A stretch of 64,000 nt of DNA, taken from contig OZ241362.1 of NCBI GenBank assembly GCA_965200315.1, positions 3,520,001 through 3,584,000 on the forward strand, in the 5' to 3' direction. The notes beneath the pieces are model-generated. The model made no database searches, was not told the origin of the DNA, and worked only from the letters and a program-made list of their open reading frames with translations. The position numbers were made by a program, and so were the translations under genes. Below are positions 59,242 to 64,000 of this stretch, piece after piece (position 1 is the first letter of the stretch; every line of letters starts with the position of its first letter). This DNA is from Candidatus Latescibacterota bacterium. GTDB taxonomy: Bacteria > Latescibacterota > UBA2968 > UBA8231.

Positions 59242-59800
59242 ACAGGTCCTCGGCTTTGAGAATGGTCGCTAGTTGTTTCATGCCGCGCGCGAGCCGCGAG
59301 AGCACTGTGCCCTCGGCGATCTCCAACAGCGCCGCCGTCTCCTTCGTCGAATAGCCCTCAATCATTCGCAGTACCACCACCGCCCGGAAAGCTGGCTTGA
59401 GCTGGTTGAGGGCCGCTTGTACCGCTTGTTCGCGGACGTGTGCGGCCTGTTCGTCGCGGCCATCGACGCTCGGCTCGGGTGGGGCCTGTTCGTGGTCGCG
59501 GCTCCAGAAGCGCCAGCGCTGCTGCTTGCGGCGCTCTAGCGCGTTGAGCGAAAGGTTGATGGCAATGCGCGTCAAATAGGTGCCCAGCGCTGCGTCGCCG
59601 CGGAACTTGTCCAGCGATTGATAGAAGCGGACAAAGGTCTCCTGCCCCACATCGTCGGCTTCGTCGCCCGGCCCCAACATGCCCACGACTGTGGCCGCTA
59701 CTTGAGACTCATAGCGCTCGATTAGGGTGCGCAAGGCCGCTTCGTCGCCCGTACGCGCTTGGTCGATCAGGGCGCGGTCTGTGCCCACTTGCTCCGACAT
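59234..59800 (-). CDS. ECF RNA polymerase sigma factor
   Basis: ADDVGQETF, YLTRIAIN, EGYSTKETA...GTVLSRLARG; start could be 59830. Confidence 0.92.
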   Translation of the reverse strand: MSEQVGTDRALIDQARTGDEAALRTLIERYESQVAATVVGMLGPGDEADDVGQETFVRFYQSLDKFRGDAALGTYLTRIAINLSLNALERRKQQRWRFWSRDHEQAPPEPSVDGRDEQAAHVREQAVQAALNQLKPAFRAVVVLRMIEGYSTKETAALLEIAEGTVLSRLARGMKQLATILKAEDLYD

Positions 59801-59972
59801 ATTGTTAGACAATGTAGGGGCCAAAGTCATTCCCGGTCTAATAAAAGGGACCTATCCCCCCGGCCCCCCTTCCGACCGGGGAATAGGGAGTAGATTTTTT
59901 TGACCAGATATATCTTGCACCTTAAATCGCAGGGAGGGTTAAGATGAAACAGTATGGGAGCACCGCAACAAA

Positions 59973-60240
59973 TATAGCAATCCTATGTCATACGATAGAG
60001 CGGGCGGTCGTCTTGCCCGCTGGTGGGTCTAGAACGCACACACCAAGGAGGTGCCGGGGTGGATGCGTGTGCCATCCTTCACACCCGGCTAGTCCTGTAG
60101 GATGGCTATGGCGGATATGAGAAGGGGTCTTAACACGCCCGTCGGTCGGCTTGGCGGGTCGGTCGGGTAGCCTAAGTGTGCGGCGTATTTCGAGGGCAGG
60201 ATGCCTTTGGGCCCGGGGGTTTTGCGCCGGGCGAGCGACC
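59973..60240 (+). repeat. MITE-like structured repeat, copy B (composite)
   Basis: TATAGCAATCCTA...TAGGATGGCTATG unit, then core; shares AGTCCTGTAGGATGGCTAT and GTGTGCGGCGTATTTCGAGGG exactly with copy A. Confidence 0.75.
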
Positions 60241-60794
60241 GAAATAATTCACACCAAACGTTTAAGCCTGTGGCGCGTCAAACCTCGCTCCATGATTGGG
60301 GTGGGGGTCAGCCTAATCGCGTCGGGTTCTACATAGCCTTACGCAAGATGGCAAGAGCAACACAAAGATCGTTTCTCCATCGCTGACGGTCATTCAAATC
60401 TATCGACCGGCCGAATTGGCCCCGTTGTCTTACCAGAGGGCATCTGCAAGAATTCAGCGCGTAACAAAAGATGCCGCAACTAAAAGCAGAGAGTGGAATG
60501 CTGAGGGAGAAATAGGGATAGGCCTTATTTGGAGGCCGCCCAAAAAGAATATCAGCCTATCCCTGCAACGAGGGGCCTATTTCCGGTATAGGAAAATTCT
60601 TCAAGTCTGAGGTTCCCAGAACCACCACACGAAGAAAGGGAGAGCAGTTTTTGGGCATCACAAGTCGTCAAGCTAACCCGCCTACTGGTCTCCTTCAGCT
60701 TTTGAGGGCCCATCTCATAGCCTTCGGGCGTGGCCCAGGTGGGTAGCGTCGGTTGCGGTCCAACTCTATCCACTGCGTGGACAGCCAATAGAGA

Positions 60795-60980
60795 TATAGC
60801 AATCCGACACGAGGGGCGCATACGGTTCGGTCGAGCCCCCGGCGCAACCCGGCCGGGATCGAGGGCATCCTGCCCTCGAAATACGCCGCACGTTCAGGCT
60901 ACTCGACCGCCCAGCGGCCCGACGGGCGCGTTAAGAGTGCTTCTGATAGCCGCTATAGCACATCCGACACTACGGGCGCG
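60795..60980 (-). repeat. MITE-like structured repeat, copy C (inverted relative to A and B)
   Basis: CCCTCGAAATACGCCGCAC at 60873-60891; hairpin TCGAGGGCA-TCC-TGCCCTCGA; TATAGC(A/AC)ATCCGACAC at 60795 and 60954. Confidence 0.78.
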
Positions 60981-61100
60981 GCGTACAGGAGCGCACACGC
61001 ATCCACACGGTTCCGCCTGTGCATGGTCGTGCGACGGAAAGTGCGTAATCGTACAGCGAGCGGGCAACAAGGTGCGCTTCTCTGTTGGGAAGGAGGGCGC

Positions 61101-62456
61101 ATGATGCAATACTCAACAGGTGTTCAGTTCGATCAGCAGCGGCTCGTCGAGTCGTGCGACAAGTTGGAAGCCGACCGCGATGGCGACAAGGCGAGAGCCA
61201 ATTGTCCGATCTGTGGCGGCAAGAGCAAGACGAAGCTGGCCCTTGAGATACGAAACGGCAAGGGGCTGGTCCCATCACCGGCACTTCGGCGCATCGCAAC
61301 GGCAAACCGCCGCGGCAAAAGCGCAAGCCACACAAGATCAACGAGCTGGTCGTTGAGTATCGCCATCATTTGGACTCAGAAGTATTTCGCCGGACGCACA
61401 GGCTGGATTTTTCCGACGGTACTAAGCGCGTGTGGTCATCGCCCAAAGGCGTCAAGACCAAAGGATTGCTGCCTTTGTACTGGCGAGGGGGACAACCATC
61501 GCCGGAGCCGCCGGCGGACAGTGTGCTGCGAATCATGTGCGAGGGCGAGAAGGCCGCTCAAGCCATCAGCCGACATTATCCGAGGGCCGTAGGCGTGTCG
61601 TATGCCGGGGCAGCAAGGCCGCCAGCGCGTGGCATATCCAGAAGGAAGCGTGGTCGAGGGCCAAGGCCATCGTATGGGCAGACCGCGACCGCGAAGGCGC
61701 GAACGCAGCATGGGAGATTGTAGAGCGGCTGGAAGCGATAGGCTGCGAGGTCACCTACGTGCCGGCCGGCGCGGACAGGAACGATGCAGTGGACTTGTCC
61801 GAGCGTCAGGCGCAGCAGACGGTCAAGGCCATCCTTAAGCGCGATCCGCAGCCGTTTGGTAAGACCGCGCTCGAAGGCGAGTATAGCCAGAAGCTCAAGG
61901 ATGCGATCAAGGCGATGCACAGCGAGGAACTGAGGAAGAACGGCAGGACGCACGAGTACGAGGTATTGCGCGGCCAAAAGTGGCAAGAACCCGAGCCCGA
62001 GTGGATGGCCGTACGCATCGAGGAGATGGGAAGCCGGTTCGCATACTGGGGGAAGCGGTCGCACACGGACAAGAAAGAGCGGTGGTTGTCGTTCCGGCCG
62101 CACACAGAGCGATTTGAAATGGCCCTGCAGGCTGCCGTGATGACGTGTTGACATGGATGCAATCGCTTGTATGGGACGGAACAAAGCGCATAGAATCGGT
62201 CCTCTCTGATTTCTTCGGGTTCGAGGGCGCGGACGAGGAACTGTCCAACGCCGCGGCGATGCTGGCCGAGCGCAAGGCAACCGGGACGCTGATTGAGCTG
62301 GGCGCAATCGCCCAACAGGTCGAGTATGGAGAGAATCAGTTCCGCGGTGGCCAGTCCGAGCGCATACGGTTCGCCGCCGCGCTACAACGCGAGGGGTTCG
62401 CCAAGAAGAAAATCCAGACAGACGAAGGCCGTCGGTGGGTCTGGAAACGAAGGTAA
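61101..62456 (+). pseudogene. Phage/plasmid primase (Zn-finger + TOPRIM) - VapE-like helicase remnant
   Basis: CPICGG; CEGEKAA and WADRDREG...NDAVD TOPRIM motifs; LVWDGTKRI and C-terminal RWVWKR VapE-like ends; several frameshifts, ATPase core missing. Confidence 0.72.
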
Positions 62457-62532
62457 GTGCCCAATGTTTTATTAGCAGAAAGAGAGAGGAGAACACGAGT
62501 TGAATTCTTCTCTCTTTCTACTGCCCTAGAAG

Positions 62533-62558
62533 ATTGGACGAGATTGGACACATTGGAC
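62533..62558 (+). repeat. Three ATTGGAC direct repeats (iteron-like)
   Basis: ATTGGAC at 62533, 62543, 62552, just downstream of the primase/helicase remnant. Confidence 0.55.
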
Positions 62559-62575
62559 AGGAGAGGCGGTTTTGA

Positions 62576-62818
62576 GTGCTCGAAATGCATTATAGAGAGG
62601 ATTTTCGCTCAATCTCGCCTCTATACGCATTTCATGGCATATTAGCAGAGATCAGTGACCGCGTGTCCAAGCTAGAAGGCGCATACAAGCACTTAGCTAC
62701 AAAAGCCGATATTGCCAACCTCAAAGGCGAGATTGCAAGCCAAGCCAACAAGACCATTATCTTTATTGTCACTGCGATAGGTGCGGCTGCGGCAGCCTTA
62801 AAGCACCTACCCGGATAG
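62576..62818 (+). CDS. Small coiled-coil protein with C-terminal TM (DUF1640/CCDC90-like); true start uncertain
   Basis: RVSKLE...LATKADIANLKGEI followed by hydrophobic IIFIVTAIGAAAAAL. Confidence 0.6.
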   Translation: MLEMHYREDFRSISPLYAFHGILAEISDRVSKLEGAYKHLATKADIANLKGEIASQANKTIIFIVTAIGAAAAALKHLPG

Positions 62819-62899
62819 ACCGGATCGGGCGTCCTTGGTGTGCGCAGGGGTGAGTTTTCGCATCTTGGGAAGGTGTGCCGGTTGGCTGCTCGGATACCA

Positions 62900-63100
62900 A
62901 CGATAATGTTCGTTACGACTCATTCGGATGTGCTTGTTGACGCACTGACCGACAAGCCGGAGAGCATTGTGGTCTGCGAAAAGCACACTGGACAGACCTC
63001 GATGCGACGGCTCGACAAGGACGAGTTGGCAAAATGGCTGGAAGAATACAGTCTCGGCGATCTTTGGACTTCGGGCCGATTGGGCGGCAATCGATGGTAA
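62900..63100 (+). pseudogene. C-terminal fragment of AAA/ABC-type ATPase
   Basis: FVTTHSDVLVD H-loop and SLGDLWTSGRLGG C-terminus; no Walker A/B upstream. Confidence 0.75.
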
Positions 63101-63557
63101 CTGCCGAGCTTTATATCGAGGGCGGTGGCGACACTCGAAGGCTCTTCGCGTGCGTTTCCGTCAGGGCTGGTACGCATTTTTCAAGTCCGCTGGACTCGGT
63201 GGATTGTACCAAGTGGTGGACGCCAACAGACCTTCAAGTGCTTTGCTATCGCTGTCTCAGAGGCCAGTCCCGGCATCATACCGCCCCTCCTCGTGGACAG
63301 CGAGGCTCCCGTTGCAGCGGGGCAATCGATCTGGCAGCAGACGACCAAGCTTTTCTGATGGTGCAGATCAGGAAGACATCCCCAAGGAGACGGTCCTCAA
63401 CGCGCTCGAACGAGCCACTGCCAATTGCGCTAAACGCCGCTATGCCAAGGGCAAGGTTTCGTTTGAGTTGGTGGCGCAGGTTGACCCCACCCTCATCGAA
63501 GCCGCCTGTCCGCACGCCAAGGCGCTTCTACAGCGATTGAGGACGCTAATGAGTTGA
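63094..63557 (+). pseudogene. DUF4276 family protein remnant (frameshifted)
   Basis: LYIEGGGD start overlapping the ATPase stop; LLVDSE and YAKGKVSFEL...CPHAK pieces in different frames. Confidence 0.72.
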
Positions 63558-63578
63558 TTGTGGTCGCGCACCCGCCCG

Positions 63579-64000
63579 TCAGAAAGCCGTCGGCCGGCCC
63601 TGCGCCCCATCCACCGGGATCATCGCTCCATTGATCCAGTTGGCGCGCTCAGACACCAAAAACGCCACCACATCCGCCACCTCTTCTGGGGTCCCCAAGC
63701 GGCCGGCGGGAAACTCCCGTTCCACAAACTGGGTAAAGTGCTCGGGCTGCTCCTCCTGAAAACGCGCCCACCCACCGCCGGGGAAAAATATCGACCCCGG
63801 CGCGACCGCATTGACCCGCACCCCGCATTCTGCTAACTCCAACGCCAGCGCACCGGCGAGAAAAATCTCCGCGGCCTTCGCGCTTCCGTATTGAGACTTA
63901 GGCCCAGGCTTCCACCCTGAGATCGACGCGACGATCACCACCGCGCCGCCACCGCGTTGCCGCATGTAGGGCAGCGCCGCCCGCGTCGTGCGCACGGCAT
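63579..64000 (-). CDS. SDR family oxidoreductase (3' part; runs off window edge)
   Basis: YGSAK (YxxxK), VRVNAVAPG, GRLGTPEEVA, IPVDG. Confidence 0.92.
   Translation of the reverse strand, partial: AVRTTRAALPYMRQRGGGAVVIVASISGWKPGPKSQYGSAKAAEIFLAGALALELAECGVRVNAVAPGSIFFPGGGWARFQEEQPEHFTQFVEREFPAGRLGTPEEVADVVAFLVSERANWINGAMIPVDGAQGRPTAF

Noticed and set aside
59850-59890. CCTATCCCCCCGGCCCCCCTTCC...GGGGAATAGGG REP-like palindrome
   Set aside because: Single degenerate copy in the window; cannot be supported as a repeat family here
60416-60821. Short ORFs inside the inverted-repeat pair
   Set aside because: No RBS or recognisable motifs; at most a decayed fragment
196-63811. Numerous long antisense and alternate-frame ORFs in the track
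   Set aside because: Expected shadows of GC-rich coding genes; Arg/Pro/Ala-rich with no motifs

Overview
High-GC bacterial chromosomal segment. A C-terminal 'QNFPNPFN' FlgD/T9SS-type sorting domain and a dimeric-type GlyRS suggest an FCB-group organism such as Latescibacterota; this is inference. The core is a ~15-kb minus-strand housekeeping run (proC-hisH-hisF-proB-ftsB-recO-glyQS-tRNA-Leu-tig-clpP-clpX-engB-serA-purA-prpB-prpC). The window also holds carA, aroC, pap, ltaE, ggt, a Pot-like ABC transporter, an ECF sigma/anti-sigma/Spy module and many catabolic enzymes. The most notable accessory element is a precisely bounded 1,843-bp IS1595-family transposon (perfect 23-bp TIRs, 8-bp TSD) that splits a MATE gene. 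It carries a frameshifted single-TRD type I R-M specificity (HsdS-like) gene and an orphan ORF, with inward promoters built into both TIRs. Other accessory items: a 166-bp MITE with 8-bp TSD, a family of TATAGC-ended structured repeats (3 related copies, two forming an inverted pair), an MNT-HepT toxin-antitoxin pair, a heme-c/copper-monooxygenase fusion, a circularly permuted flavoprotein-polyferredoxin fusion, and a decayed primase/VapE plus AAA-DUF4276 island. All calls come from motif recognition by eye; no database searches were run.
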